NCBI GenBank assembly: GCA_040349255.1
Contig: JBEQUE010000231.1
Location: 34,641 to 98,640, forward strand
Reading direction: 5' to 3'
Origin: Acidobacteriota bacterium
GTDB taxonomy: Bacteria; Acidobacteriota; Thermoanaerobaculia; Multivoradales; UBA5704
Length of the DNA stretch: 64,000 nt
In this document: positions 1 to 9,458 of the stretch, piece after piece
Layout of the letters: each line of letters starts with the position of its first letter
Position numbering within the stretch: the first letter of the stretch is position 1
Made by a program: the position numbers and the translations under genes
The notes under the pieces: generated by a model
The model's database searches: none
Told to the model about the DNA's origin: nothing
What the model saw: only the letters and a program-made list of their open reading frames with translations

Positions 1-1
1 G

Positions 2-481
2 GAGACGGCGGCGGGCATCCCGGTGGCCGTTTTGAATCTCGAAGGCCGGGTGTTCATGAACAACCTGGACGACCCTTTCGAGAAGGCCGACCGTCTGCTC
101 GACTCGCTCGACCCGAAGATCAAGGTGATCCTGGTGGACTTCCACGCCGAGGCCACGAGCGAGAAGCAGGCGCTGGGTTTCTATCTCGACGGTCGGGTGA
201 GCGCCGTGCTCGGCACTCACACCCACGTGCCCACGGCTGACGAGCGCATCCTGCCGCAGGGCACCGCCTTCCAGACCGACGCCGGCATGACGGGCCCGTA
301 TGAGTCGATCATCGGCGTGCGGATCGACAAGGTCGTGAAGCGCTTCCGCCTCCAGACCCCCGCCCCCTTCGAGGTCGCCAAGCGCGACGTCCGCCTGGCC
401 GGCACGGTCATCGACATCGACGAGACCACGGGCAGGGCGCGGTCGATCGAGCGGTTGCTGGTCCCGGACGAAACGGCCTGA
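2..481 (+). CDS. ymdB: YmdB/TIGR00282-family metallophosphoesterase, 5'-truncated by the window edge
   Basis: Motifs VDFHAEATSEK, GTHTHV and TDAGMTGP; the frame is open from base 2. Confidence 0.9.
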   Translation, partial: ETAAGIPVAVLNLEGRVFMNNLDDPFEKADRLLDSLDPKIKVILVDFHAEATSEKQALGFYLDGRVSAVLGTHTHVPTADERILPQGTAFQTDAGMTGPYESIIGVRIDKVVKRFRLQTPAPFEVAKRDVRLAGTVIDIDETTGRARSIERLLVPDETA

Positions 482-500
482 GCCGAATCGACAATAGAGT

Positions 501-2582
501 TTGATGATGTACCCCACGAGGCTCCATTCGAGCGTCCTGCTCCTGGTGTCGGTCCTGGGCACCGCGGCTGCCAGCCATGGCGCGACCCTGGCCGAGCGCG
601 CTGCGGCGATCGACGCGCCGGTCCGCGGCGGCGAGGTCCGGCTCGCCGAGCCGCTCCGAGTCGGCCGCGCCGAGATCGTGCCCGGGGAGGGCACTCCGGT
701 GCGGGCCCTGTTCGCCGCCGGAGTCCCCTGCGGTCTCGTCCTCGACGGTCCAGCGCGGCTGCGCTATCGGGTCGAGGACCGGTTCAGCGTCCCGGTGGCC
801 GAGCGCAACGTGCACCGGTTCTGGGAGCTGAAGGCGAAATCCTCCGACGAGGGGCTCGTGATCTCCGCGGAGCTCTCCGGAGCGGTCCTCTGGGGCTGGG
901 GACTGAGCGAGGCGGCGGGTGGGACGGCAGCCTCCGGTCCGGGTCTGCCGGGCTGGGCCGCGGACCTCCTCGCCGGACGCCGCTTCAGGCCGCCCTCGCA
1001 CGACCTGCTGGAGTCCGAGGCGAACGGCGTCGCCGGCGTGCGCTATGCGCTCCTGGGCGGGGACATCGAGCTGCTCCTCGGCGTCGATCCACGCCTCGGC
1101 GAGGAGAGGCTCTACCGGCTGGCGAAGGCGACCGATCCGGGGCAGAGCTTCCGCCAGGGGATCCGGGCGACGGAGCTGGTGGCGCAGCCGATCGGGCGCG
1201 CCTGGTGGGAACGGCCGGCCGCCGACCTGATCGCCGAGCACGAGCGCATCGCGGTCGAGAACCCGCGCGGCGAGATGGTCCGGATCGTCAGCCGGTCCCG
1301 CTTGCGCGCCCGCCGGGCGGGCCTCTCTCTCTGGCGGGCGGACCTCCTCGACCGCGTCTACGACGACGACGGACGGCGCTATCCGGTCACGGTCCACAGC
1401 GTCCGGGTCGATGGCCAGGCCGCCGAGTTCCTCCATCAGGACGACGACCTGCTGGTCGCGTTCGGCCGCGGGCTGGCCGACAGGGAGACGGTCGAGGTCG
1501 AGGTCGCCTACGAAGGCGCCATGGCCCAACGGATTTCCGGCAACTCGTTCTGGGTGCTCGGGACCGAGCCCTGGTATCCGCGCCAGGGTCTCGAAGGCGA
1601 GCTGGCGACGATCGAGATCTCCGTCGACGTGCCGGACGGCCTGACTCCGGTCGCGTCGGGGGCCGAGGTCTCCCGCACCGTGGAGGGAGGCCGCAGCAAG
1701 CTCTCGACCCGGCTCGACCAGCCGATGCAGGCCGCCGTGGTGACGGCCGGCAAGTACCGCATCCTGGACAGGAAGCAGGATGGGGTGACCTGCCGGGCTG
1801 CGACCTACGCCTTCCTCAAGGAGGACGCCGCGCGCGACACGATCGAACGGTTCTTCCTCGGCCGCGGCTTCCTCGAGAAGCTCTTCGCCGAGCCCTATCC
1901 CTTCCGTGACTTCACCATCGTCGAGATCGAAGCTTGGGGCTTCGGCCAGGCGCCGCCGGGCGTCCTGTTCTACACCAAGGAGTTCTACACCGCGCCGGTG
2001 GATCGGAAGACGCGCTGGTACTTCCAGGACCTCAACGCGCGCTACTACCACGAGATCGCCCACGGCTGGTGGGGGCACGTGGCCAAGATGAGCTCTCCGG
2101 ACGAGGCCTGGCTGATCGAGGCGCTGTCCGACTACAGCGGCGCGCTGTCCGTCTGGTATCTCTTCGGCAAGGAGCGCGGGGACTACGAGCTCAACCAGAT
2201 CGTCAAGGACTGGGTCAAGGCGACCGGCGAGATCCGTCCCGGCGGGAGCCTCTATCTCACCAACCACCTCGCGCTGCATGACGAGCGGGACGAGGATGAC
2301 TTCCAGCGCCTGCGCTATGCCAAGGGACCGCTGGTGATCCACGCCCTGCGGCTGGAGCTTCAGCGCCAGAAGGGGAGCGCAGCCGAAGGCGACCGCGCCT
2401 TCACGATGCTCCTGCGCAATTATCTCAAGAACAACCGCTTCGCCCATGGCACGACCCGCGGCTTCGTCGAGGAGCTCGACAAGCTGACGGGCGGCGACTG
2501 GCAGCCCTGGTTCGAGCGCTACGTCTACGGGACCGAGATCCCGCCGCTGCCCAGACCGGAGGCGAAATCCGGACAATCGTAG
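501..2582 (+). CDS. Secreted M1-family (gluzincin) metallopeptidase
   Basis: HEIAH followed 18 residues later by E (WLIEAL), then YAKG; N-terminal signal-like stretch. The start could be 501, 504 or 507. Confidence 0.8.
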   Translation: MMMYPTRLHSSVLLLVSVLGTAAASHGATLAERAAAIDAPVRGGEVRLAEPLRVGRAEIVPGEGTPVRALFAAGVPCGLVLDGPARLRYRVEDRFSVPVAERNVHRFWELKAKSSDEGLVISAELSGAVLWGWGLSEAAGGTAASGPGLPGWAADLLAGRRFRPPSHDLLESEANGVAGVRYALLGGDIELLLGVDPRLGEERLYRLAKATDPGQSFRQGIRATELVAQPIGRAWWERPAADLIAEHERIAVENPRGEMVRIVSRSRLRARRAGLSLWRADLLDRVYDDDGRRYPVTVHSVRVDGQAAEFLHQDDDLLVAFGRGLADRETVEVEVAYEGAMAQRISGNSFWVLGTEPWYPRQGLEGELATIEISVDVPDGLTPVASGAEVSRTVEGGRSKLSTRLDQPMQAAVVTAGKYRILDRKQDGVTCRAATYAFLKEDAARDTIERFFLGRGFLEKLFAEPYPFRDFTIVEIEAWGFGQAPPGVLFYTKEFYTAPVDRKTRWYFQDLNARYYHEIAHGWWGHVAKMSSPDEAWLIEALSDYSGALSVWYLFGKERGDYELNQIVKDWVKATGEIRPGGSLYLTNHLALHDERDEDDFQRLRYAKGPLVIHALRLELQRQKGSAAEGDRAFTMLLRNYLKNNRFAHGTTRGFVEELDKLTGGDWQPWFERYVYGTEIPPLPRPEAKSGQS

Positions 2583-2596
2583 CCTGACAGGCTGGA

Positions 2597-3094
2597 TTAT
2601 CCAGCTTCCTCGCCGGCCTGCGCCAAAACCTCGCGGTAGAGGCGATCTCCAAGAAAGAAGCCGGCTTGCCGGCGAAGTGCGTTGAGACGGGATCGAACCT
2701 CCTCAATCTTCTGGAGCCTCTTGGCCTGAAGCAGGATGCCCAGGACGCCCAAAGGTTGAAGACCGAGTCGGCTCGCGGCGTGGCGACCTTCCTGCTCATC
2801 GAGCAAAACCAGGCCGGCCTTCAGCTCCAGGGCAAGGGCGAGGGTTTCTGCTTCGCCGCGATCGAGGTCACGTCGGAGGATCGTGACGAAATTCCGGTTC
2901 TCCACGCCATGGCGCTCGATCCAGGAAGCGCTTTCCACCTCCTGGCTTCCAGGGTGTCGCCGTCCGCCCTGGTTGAGCTCGGCCCAGACACCCTGTGCAA
3001 TGTGGATACGGCCGAACAGCTCCCGGAGGAGGTCAAAATGGCCGATAGCGGCAAGACTGGTTATAGGAGAGGTGTTGCTGACGACGATCGTCAT
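2597..3094 (-). CDS. DUF3368-type PIN-domain toxin
   Basis: MTIVVSNTSPI...LDRGEAETLALA...LLDEQEGR; the ATG at 3094 overlaps the upstream stop (ATGA). Confidence 0.85.
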   Translation of the reverse strand: MTIVVSNTSPITSLAAIGHFDLLRELFGRIHIAQGVWAELNQGGRRHPGSQEVESASWIERHGVENRNFVTILRRDLDRGEAETLALALELKAGLVLLDEQEGRHAASRLGLQPLGVLGILLQAKRLQKIEEVRSRLNALRRQAGFFLGDRLYREVLAQAGEEAG

Positions 3095-3348
3095 GATCCG
3101 CTCAGGAGGCGGAGAGTCTCGAGATCCTGTTGCAGATCCTTCGTCTCGAAGTGGGGCTCGATGCGCCGGAGCCCGAGGAGCTGACGGAACTCCCAGAGGG
3201 AAAGACCTGCAAGCTCGTGAGCCTTGCCCAGTGAAAGGCGACCCTGCGCATAGAGGTGGGCGGCCAGCTCGACACGTACCTGGTCGACCGTCATGCGAGC
3301 TGAGTCGAGGACGTCTTGGGGTATCTCGAGATAGGCCGGGACAGACAT
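3091..3348 (-). CDS. UPF0175-family antitoxin
   Basis: ELAAHLYAQGRLSLGKAHELAGLSLWEF; GGAGGT RBS; translationally coupled to the DUF3368 gene. Confidence 0.85.
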   Translation of the reverse strand: MSVPAYLEIPQDVLDSARMTVDQVRVELAAHLYAQGRLSLGKAHELAGLSLWEFRQLLGLRRIEPHFETKDLQQDLETLRLLSGS

Positions 3349-3366
3349 GGAACCACCTCCGATCCT

Positions 3367-4977
3367 TTACATGGTAGGTGTGGATGGCTTTCCCAGCAAG
3401 ATATACCCCTCCAGAACGTCCTGGTCCTGCGCGACCGGCACGAGCGCGAGCGGCGCCTTGAGCTTCTTCAGGTCGTCGCGCTGGGCCAGGATCCAGACCC
3501 GGCCGGGCCGGCGGGCGTACTCCTGGAGCTTCTCCTCGCTGTCGAGCTCGACGGTGTAGCGCCGGGTGTAGAAGAGGAAGGTCGAATCGATCCGGGGATA
3601 GGTGCCATAGGTATCCCCGGGCTGCAGTCGGGCGAGCAGCTCCTTCGACATCCCGCGGGCCGACTTGACCACGTCGAAGCGCGGAACCACGGTCAGGAAG
3701 GCCAGGAGCGCCACGGTTCCCATGCCGGCCGCGATTCCCGCGGCGACTTTCGGGATCCGGCCCTTGCCCGCCTGCCACGCGGCGCAGAGCGCTCCCGCCA
3801 GCAGCGGCAGGAAACACAGCGTCACGTGCCAGACGAAGCGGTCGCCTCCGAGAGGCGCCGCTTCCTCCCGGCCTCTCCCCACCACCGGCAGCGCGACCAC
3901 GATCACGAGCGCGAGCAGCGCGATCAGCCAGACCGGCCAGTCCACCCAGCGCCGGCCCCGCGGCCAGTCGACGGCGACGCGGTCCAGGAAGGCGCCGACG
4001 AGCAGCGCCATGGCCGGGTACATCGTCAGGATGTAGACCGAGCGCTTCGCCGGGGAGATGCTGAAGAAGACCACCGTCACCGCCATCCAGGCGAGCGCGA
4101 AGAGGAAGCCCTTCCGGTCCTTCCCCTCCATGCGCTTCCAGCCGAGGACGATCGCTCCAGGCAGGAAGAAGGACCACGGGAAGAACTCGGCCGGGATGAT
4201 CGTCAGGTAGTAGTACCAGGGCTGGAAGTGGTGCCACGGGTCCGCGTAGCGGGTGACGTTCTGGCGGAAGACGATCTGGTCCAGGTACTCCCGGCCGCCC
4301 GAAAGACCGGCCGGAACCAGCCAGGCGAGCACCACTGCGGCCCAGATCAGGAAGCCGAGGCCGACCCGCAGGCGCCGGGCTTCCTCCCTGTCGCGCGTGT
4401 AGGCGAGAAAGGCCAGGATCGCGAGGAGCGGCGGCAGGAATCCGGCCGGACCCTTGGCCAGCGTGGCGAGACCCGTGGACACGAAGAACAGCGGGTAGAG
4501 ACCGGGCTTGCCTTCGGTATAACCACGCACCCAGAACCACATCCCGAGCGTCACCAGGAACGTCAGGAGCATGTCGATCTGGCCGAAGCGGCCCTGCCAC
4601 AGCACCTTGAAGCAGGTGGCGGCGGCCAGCGTCGCGAGCCAGCCGGCGCGCCGGTTGAACAGGCGCTCGCCGAGCCGGAAGACCAGGATCAGCATGCCGA
4701 TCGCCGCCAGGGCCGACGGGATGCGGGCCGAGACCTCGTCGACCCCGCCGGTCAGCCAGGACGAGGCGATGATCAGCCAGAAGAGGAGCGGCGGCTTCTG
4801 GGTGTAGACCTCGCCGTTGAGCCGCGGCACGGACCAGCTCCCGGAGAGCTGCATCTCGCGGGCGACCTCGGCGTAGCGCGCCTCGTCCGGATTCCACAGG
4901 TCGCGCCAGCCCAGGCCGGGCAGGAAGAGCAGCGCTCCCAGCAGGGCGAGGAGCGCCAGATCGCGGCGGGTGGTCAC
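3367..4977 (-). CDS. ArnT-like GT83/GT39 polyprenyl-phosphate-sugar transferase
   Basis: LWNPDEARYAEVAREM, YTQKPPLLFW and LATLAKGP motifs; multi-TM; GTG start at 4977 overlaps the upstream TGA. Confidence 0.85.
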   Translation of the reverse strand: MTTRRDLALLALLGALLFLPGLGWRDLWNPDEARYAEVAREMQLSGSWSVPRLNGEVYTQKPPLLFWLIIASSWLTGGVDEVSARIPSALAAIGMLILVFRLGERLFNRRAGWLATLAAATCFKVLWQGRFGQIDMLLTFLVTLGMWFWVRGYTEGKPGLYPLFFVSTGLATLAKGPAGFLPPLLAILAFLAYTRDREEARRLRVGLGFLIWAAVVLAWLVPAGLSGGREYLDQIVFRQNVTRYADPWHHFQPWYYYLTIIPAEFFPWSFFLPGAIVLGWKRMEGKDRKGFLFALAWMAVTVVFFSISPAKRSVYILTMYPAMALLVGAFLDRVAVDWPRGRRWVDWPVWLIALLALVIVVALPVVGRGREEAAPLGGDRFVWHVTLCFLPLLAGALCAAWQAGKGRIPKVAAGIAAGMGTVALLAFLTVVPRFDVVKSARGMSKELLARLQPGDTYGTYPRIDSTFLFYTRRYTVELDSEEKLQEYARRPGRVWILAQRDDLKKLKAPLALVPVAQDQDVLEGYILLGKPSTPTM

Positions 4978-5282
4978 GGCTGGGGCTGGTCGGTGTCCAC
5001 CGGAGCGACCGGCGCGCTCTGCGCGGCCGGCCGGTAGATGAACCAGAGGTTGCGGGTGTAGATGAAGATGCCGGTGGCCTGTCCGACGATGAAGACCGGG
5101 TCGTTGCGGTGGATCGCGTAGGCGAGCAGCACCAGGCCGCCGCCGATGCTCAGGAACCAGAACGACCGCGGGATTACGCTTTCCTTCTTTCGTTCGGAGG
5201 CGAGCCACTGGACGAAGAAACGTCCGAAGAAGAGGGCCTGTCCGAAGAACCCGATGGCGAGCCAGACGGGGTTGTGTTCCAA
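4974..5282 (-). CDS. Lipid A biosynthesis N-terminal (LAB_N) small membrane protein
   Basis: GFFGQALFFGRFFVQWLASERKKESVIP..FW...DPVFIVGQ; TTG start after GAGGAG. Confidence 0.85.
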   Translation of the reverse strand: MEHNPVWLAIGFFGQALFFGRFFVQWLASERKKESVIPRSFWFLSIGGGLVLLAYAIHRNDPVFIVGQATGIFIYTRNLWFIYRPAAQSAPVAPVDTDQPQP

Positions 5283-6010
5283 ACGTCGACCTCCTCGGCC
5301 AGCCGGCGGTCCACCCAGCGCGTCTGCATCCAGCGCACGCCGAAGAGGTCCGCCAGGGCCCGGAAGATGCGGTTGCGGATGTTGTATTTGGGCTGCCCGT
5401 GTAGCCGCGGCCGGTGGTTCACCGGGACTTCGGTCACCCGCGCGCCTTCCATGCGGAGAAGGGTCGGCAGGAAGCGGTGCATCCCGTTGAACACCGGGAT
5501 CCGCCGCAGATATTCGATGCGCATCGCCCGCAGCGTGCAGCCGACGTCGGTCACCGACTCGTGGGTCACCCGGTTGCGGATGCCGTTGGCGATCTTCGAC
5601 GAGACCCGGCGCACCCAGGTGTCCCGCCGCCTGGCGCGCACGCCGCTCACCACGTCGAAGCCGTCCATCCGCTCCAGGAGGCGCGGGATGTCGGCCGGAT
5701 CGTTCTGAAGGTCCGCGTCGAGCGTCACCACGATGCCGCCGCGGGCGAAGCGCGCTCCCGCGTCGAGCGCCGCCGACTGGCCGCTGTTGCGGCGCTGGCG
5801 CACGACCCGGACGCGCGGATCCTCGCGCGCGAGCCGGGCCATGACCGCCGGGCTCGTGTCGGTGCTGCCGTCGTCCACCAGGACGACCTCGTAGGGCCGG
5901 TTGACGGTTTCCAGGGCCGCGCGGATCTCCTCCGCGAGGACCGGCAGGTTCTCTTCCTCGTTGTAGACCGGGATCACGATCGAGATCTCCGGCTCGTCGG
6001 ACGCGCGCAT
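5174..6010 (-). CDS. GT2 polyprenyl-phosphate glycosyltransferase (ArnC/GtrB-like)
   Basis: SIVIPVYNEE, VDDGSTD, TLDADLQNDP and HRFLP motifs; start set at ATG 6010. Confidence 0.9.
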   Translation of the reverse strand: MRASDEPEISIVIPVYNEEENLPVLAEEIRAALETVNRPYEVVLVDDGSTDTSPAVMARLAREDPRVRVVRQRRNSGQSAALDAGARFARGGIVVTLDADLQNDPADIPRLLERMDGFDVVSGVRARRRDTWVRRVSSKIANGIRNRVTHESVTDVGCTLRAMRIEYLRRIPVFNGMHRFLPTLLRMEGARVTEVPVNHRPRLHGQPKYNIRNRIFRALADLFGVRWMQTRWVDRRLAEEVDVWNTTPSGSPSGSSDRPSSSDVSSSSGSPPNERRKA

Positions 6011-6124
6011 GCGGGGTATCTTAATCGACTTGATCGGCCGGCCATCGACCGGCGGCATTCGGCGCGGATAAGATACTGCCGAACGAAGTGACGGGTGGTC
6101 TTCCGCCGTTCTTCCGACTCTCAC

Positions 6125-7735
6125 ATGGACATCGCGCAACCCTACGAGGCCCGTCGGCCCGACGGCGCCGCGCTCTGGATGCCTCCGCGGCCGGTCCTCC
6201 TGACGGCCGCCTGGATGCTGCTGGTCGCGGCGGCCGTCTCCCTGCGCCCGATCCTGCCGGTGGACGAGACCCGCTACGTCTCCGTCGCCTGGGAGATGTG
6301 GGTGCGCGGCGACTTCCTGGTGCCGTACCTGAACGGCCTCCCCTACAGCGACAAGCCGCCGCTCCTGTTCTGGCTCTTCCACCTGGGCTGGTGGTTCTTC
6401 GGGGTCAACGACTGGTGGCCGCGCGTGGTCCCGGCCCTGTTCGGCCTCGCCAACCTCGCCCTCACCGCGCGCCTGGCCCGGCGCCTCTGGCCGGACCGGC
6501 CGGAAGTGGCGCGCAACGCTCCCGCCATCCTCCTCGGTCTCCTGCTCTGGACGGTCTTCACCACGATGGTGATGTTCGACATGCTGGTCGCCTTCTGCGT
6601 GCTGCTCGCCCTTCTCGGCCTGGAGGAAGCGCGTCGGCGTGGAGGCGTCCGGCCCTGGCTGCAGGTGGGCGGCGCCCTCGGCCTGGGCATCCTCGCCAAG
6701 GGGCCGGTCGTCTTCCTCCTGCCTCTCCTGGTGGCCGTGCTCGCGCCCTGGTGGAGCGGCCGGAATCTGCGGCTGAGTTGGTGGGGCGGCTTGCTCGGCG
6801 CCGTGGCGCTAGCCGCGGCGATCGGTCTCGCCTGGGCCCTGCCGGCCGCGGCCAGCGGAGGCCCCGCCTACTCGGACGCGATCCTGGTCGCGCAGACCAA
6901 GGAGCGCGTGGTTCACGCCTACGTCCACAACCGGCCCTGGTGGTGGTACCTGGCCCTGCTGCCGGGCCTGCTCTATCCGTACTCGGCGTGGCCTCCGCTG
7001 TGGAAGGCCGCATTCCGGTGCCAGGCCATGGACCGCGGGATGCGCTTCTGCCTGGCCTGGCTGGTCCCGGGGTTGCTCGCCTTCTCGCTGATCAGCAGCA
7101 AGCAGCCGCACTACATGCTTCCGCTGATGCCGGCCTTCGCGCTGCTCGCCTCCCGTCTGCTCTCGGAACCGGGGGTGACCGTCCGGCGCCGGCACATGCT
7201 GCCGGTCCTGGGCAGCGCCGGCCTGCTGGGGATCGTCCTGGCGGTGGCCCCTCTCCTGAAAGGCCGGAAGATCCCAGCCTGGGCGGCGCAGCTCTCTCCG
7301 GGCACGGGCGTGGCGCTGTTCGTCCTCGCGGTCCTGGCCTGGATCTTCTTCGATCGGATGTTCGCGCGCCGGGTGGCGGGGCCGACCCTGGTCGCGGTCG
7401 CCTTGGTGATCGGCCTCGATCTGGGGTTCTCCGAGGTGGCGCGGACGGCCTACGGCCTGGAGCCGGTGGCGCGCTATCTCAAGAGCGCCGAGGACCAGGG
7501 CCGGCCCATCGCCTGGGTGGGGGATTACCACGGTCAGCTCCATTTCCTCGGCCGCCTCGAGCGCCCGTTCCAGGAGATCCCGACCGGCGCGGAGTCGCTC
7601 TGGATCCGCCAGCACCCGCGCGGCAAGGTCGTCCAGGACCTGCAGTACATCCCTCCGGACGTCGAGCGGGCCGAGTTCACCCAGCCGTATCGCGGGGATA
7701 CGCTGGCGGTGTGGGGACGGGACGGGGTCCCCTGA
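6125..7735 (+). CDS. Second ArnT-like transferase
   Basis: DETRYVSVAWEM, YSDKPPLLFW and GILAKGP motifs; multi-TM; start uncertain (6125 or 6179). Confidence 0.85.
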   Translation: MDIAQPYEARRPDGAALWMPPRPVLLTAAWMLLVAAAVSLRPILPVDETRYVSVAWEMWVRGDFLVPYLNGLPYSDKPPLLFWLFHLGWWFFGVNDWWPRVVPALFGLANLALTARLARRLWPDRPEVARNAPAILLGLLLWTVFTTMVMFDMLVAFCVLLALLGLEEARRRGGVRPWLQVGGALGLGILAKGPVVFLLPLLVAVLAPWWSGRNLRLSWWGGLLGAVALAAAIGLAWALPAAASGGPAYSDAILVAQTKERVVHAYVHNRPWWWYLALLPGLLYPYSAWPPLWKAAFRCQAMDRGMRFCLAWLVPGLLAFSLISSKQPHYMLPLMPAFALLASRLLSEPGVTVRRRHMLPVLGSAGLLGIVLAVAPLLKGRKIPAWAAQLSPGTGVALFVLAVLAWIFFDRMFARRVAGPTLVAVALVIGLDLGFSEVARTAYGLEPVARYLKSAEDQGRPIAWVGDYHGQLHFLGRLERPFQEIPTGAESLWIRQHPRGKVVQDLQYIPPDVERAEFTQPYRGDTLAVWGRDGVP

Positions 7736-7772
7736 CTGATCCGGGACCGGGAGCCGCGACGTACGTGACCTC

Positions 7773-8297
7773 ATGAGGAATCCGATCTGGCAGGGGCTCC
7801 TGCTGCTCCTTCTGGCGGGTGGACCCATGGCGGCCCAACTGTGGCCACCGGGACCGCCCGTGACCGTCGCGGCGAACGCCGGCACCTTCGAGGTCCTGGA
7901 CAGCGTGAGCGCCTACGAGATGGGCTGGGAGCTGCGCTACGCGCCGCGGCGGTTCCGGTTCCTGCCGCGCTGGGCCCCGGACCTGATGCCCACGGCCGGA
8001 GTGATGGCGACCACCCGCGGTGTGATCTACCCCTACGCCGGGTTCCGTTTCGAAATCCCGCTCGGCGACCGCTGGGTGCTCAGCCCCGGGACTGCGGCGG
8101 GCCTCTACTACCGCGACCATGGCAAGAACCTCGGCGGGGGGCTGGAGTTCCGTTCCCACATCGAGCTCTCCTTCCGGCTCCCCTGGCAGGACCGGATCGG
8201 CATCTCCTTCTACCACCTGTCGAACGCCAATCTGTTCGACTTCAACCCCGGCACGGAATCGGCCGTGGTCACGTATACGGCGAAGCTGCGGCGTTGA
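7773..8297 (+). CDS. PagL-like lipid A deacylase / acyloxyacyl hydrolase beta-barrel
   Basis: Signal peptide; EFRSHIEL and FYHLSNA...NPGTES, matching the His-x-Ser catalytic region of PagL-like barrels. Confidence 0.75.
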   Translation: MRNPIWQGLLLLLLAGGPMAAQLWPPGPPVTVAANAGTFEVLDSVSAYEMGWELRYAPRRFRFLPRWAPDLMPTAGVMATTRGVIYPYAGFRFEIPLGDRWVLSPGTAAGLYYRDHGKNLGGGLEFRSHIELSFRLPWQDRIGISFYHLSNANLFDFNPGTESAVVTYTAKLRR

Positions 8298-8811
8298 CGC
8301 CCAACTGGGCCTGGTGGTGCTGGATGTGCCGGGCGCAGAAGAGAACGGCCTTCGGGAGCGAGGCGGGGCCGAAGTAGGCATGGGTGATCCGGGCGGGCGG
8401 CTTCCGCGCGCGGGCGTTGCGGACCGCGGTCTCGAACTCCTGGGCCCGTTGCCGGAACAGCGCCGCTCCGCTCGCCGGGTCGGGAGGGGCTTCGGTGGGC
8501 CGGATCTCGGGAGGCGCCGGGACCCGGCGCGGGAAGGCGCCGCCGCGCAGCAGCCGGGGCATGAGCGTGAGCCGCAGGAAGAGCCGCTTCCAGGCGGGGA
8601 GACGGATCCGCATGCCTGCGCCGCCGCCGACCTCGGCGATCAGCACATCATAGGTGCGGATCAGGTGGCCGGTGACCAGGGCCGGCGACCACTTGCCCTC
8701 CGCACGGGGAACATGCCACGCCGAGGGCTCGACCGCCTCGGCTGCGGCCGCGAACGAGGCAACGGCGGAGCCGTGGACGGCGAAGGCTTCGGACCAGGGA
8801 TCGGAGCGCAT
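8269..8811 (-). CDS. DinB-family protein
   Basis: GKWSPALVTGHL and ARHIQHH metal-binding histidines. Confidence 0.75.
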   Translation of the reverse strand: MRSDPWSEAFAVHGSAVASFAAAAEAVEPSAWHVPRAEGKWSPALVTGHLIRTYDVLIAEVGGGAGMRIRLPAWKRLFLRLTLMPRLLRGGAFPRRVPAPPEIRPTEAPPDPASGAALFRQRAQEFETAVRNARARKPPARITHAYFGPASLPKAVLFCARHIQHHQAQLGVNAAASPYT

Positions 8812-8843
8812 CGGGTCCTATCGAGGGATGAGAAAGAGGATGG

Positions 8844-9062
8844 CTATCCCCGTTCTCGGGACTCGCGGATGGCCTCCAGGATGTCCTGCATCGTTGCCTG
8901 TGTCCTGACGGGCGCCACGTCGAAGGGCGAGGAGCTCTGCGGCCGAAGGGCGACGCTGAACTGCTCGCCATTCCGACGCCGGATGATTACCTCTTCCCGC
9001 CGGGCCTCCTCCAGCAGAGTGGCGAGGTGCTCTCGGGCCAGGGTGTATGTATATACCTTCAT
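8844..9062 (-). CDS. Phd/YefM-type antitoxin with no intact toxin next to it
   Basis: MKVYTYTLAREHLATLLEEARREEVIIRRRNG, a Phd-like N-terminus. Confidence 0.75.
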   Translation of the reverse strand: MKVYTYTLAREHLATLLEEARREEVIIRRRNGEQFSVALRPQSSSPFDVAPVRTQATMQDILEAIRESRERG

Positions 9063-9065
9063 GGT

Positions 9066-9167
9066 TCACACCAGCAGTTGAATGTTGAGCTGCTCTGCGA
9101 CTTCCCTCATCGGCTCATTCTAGGCGAGCTGGAGGCGTTCTTGTCGCCTTAGAGCGCCTATATCAAA
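9066..9167 (-). pseudogene. Probable C-terminal remnant of a PIN toxin
   Basis: Manual translation gives FDIGALRRQERLQLA*NEPMREVAEQLNIQLLV*, with an in-frame TAG at 9120-9122. It ends 4 nt before the antitoxin ATG, and the tail resembles PIN toxin C-termini. Confidence 0.4.
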
Positions 9168-9458
9168 ACGGCCCAACGGGCCTGTCGTTACGGGTGTTTG
9201 CGACGCGGTCAAGTCGCGTCCTGGCCCTGGCCGGATGCTGGTGATTGTCTGTAGTTGGTGGACCACAAGTGGACCATTCTCGCCTTCGAGGGAGAGACCC
9301 TATGAGCCCCTTCTCGCGGCGAGGATCATCAACTCAGCGAGGTTCGCCCGGCCGGCGTCCAAGAGATCGCACGCCCACTGTGCCTTGACCCATTCCTCAT
9401 GTCGCCTCAAACTGGGCGTATTGCGAGCTTCGGCCGAGATGTGCGGCCGATCGGACAA

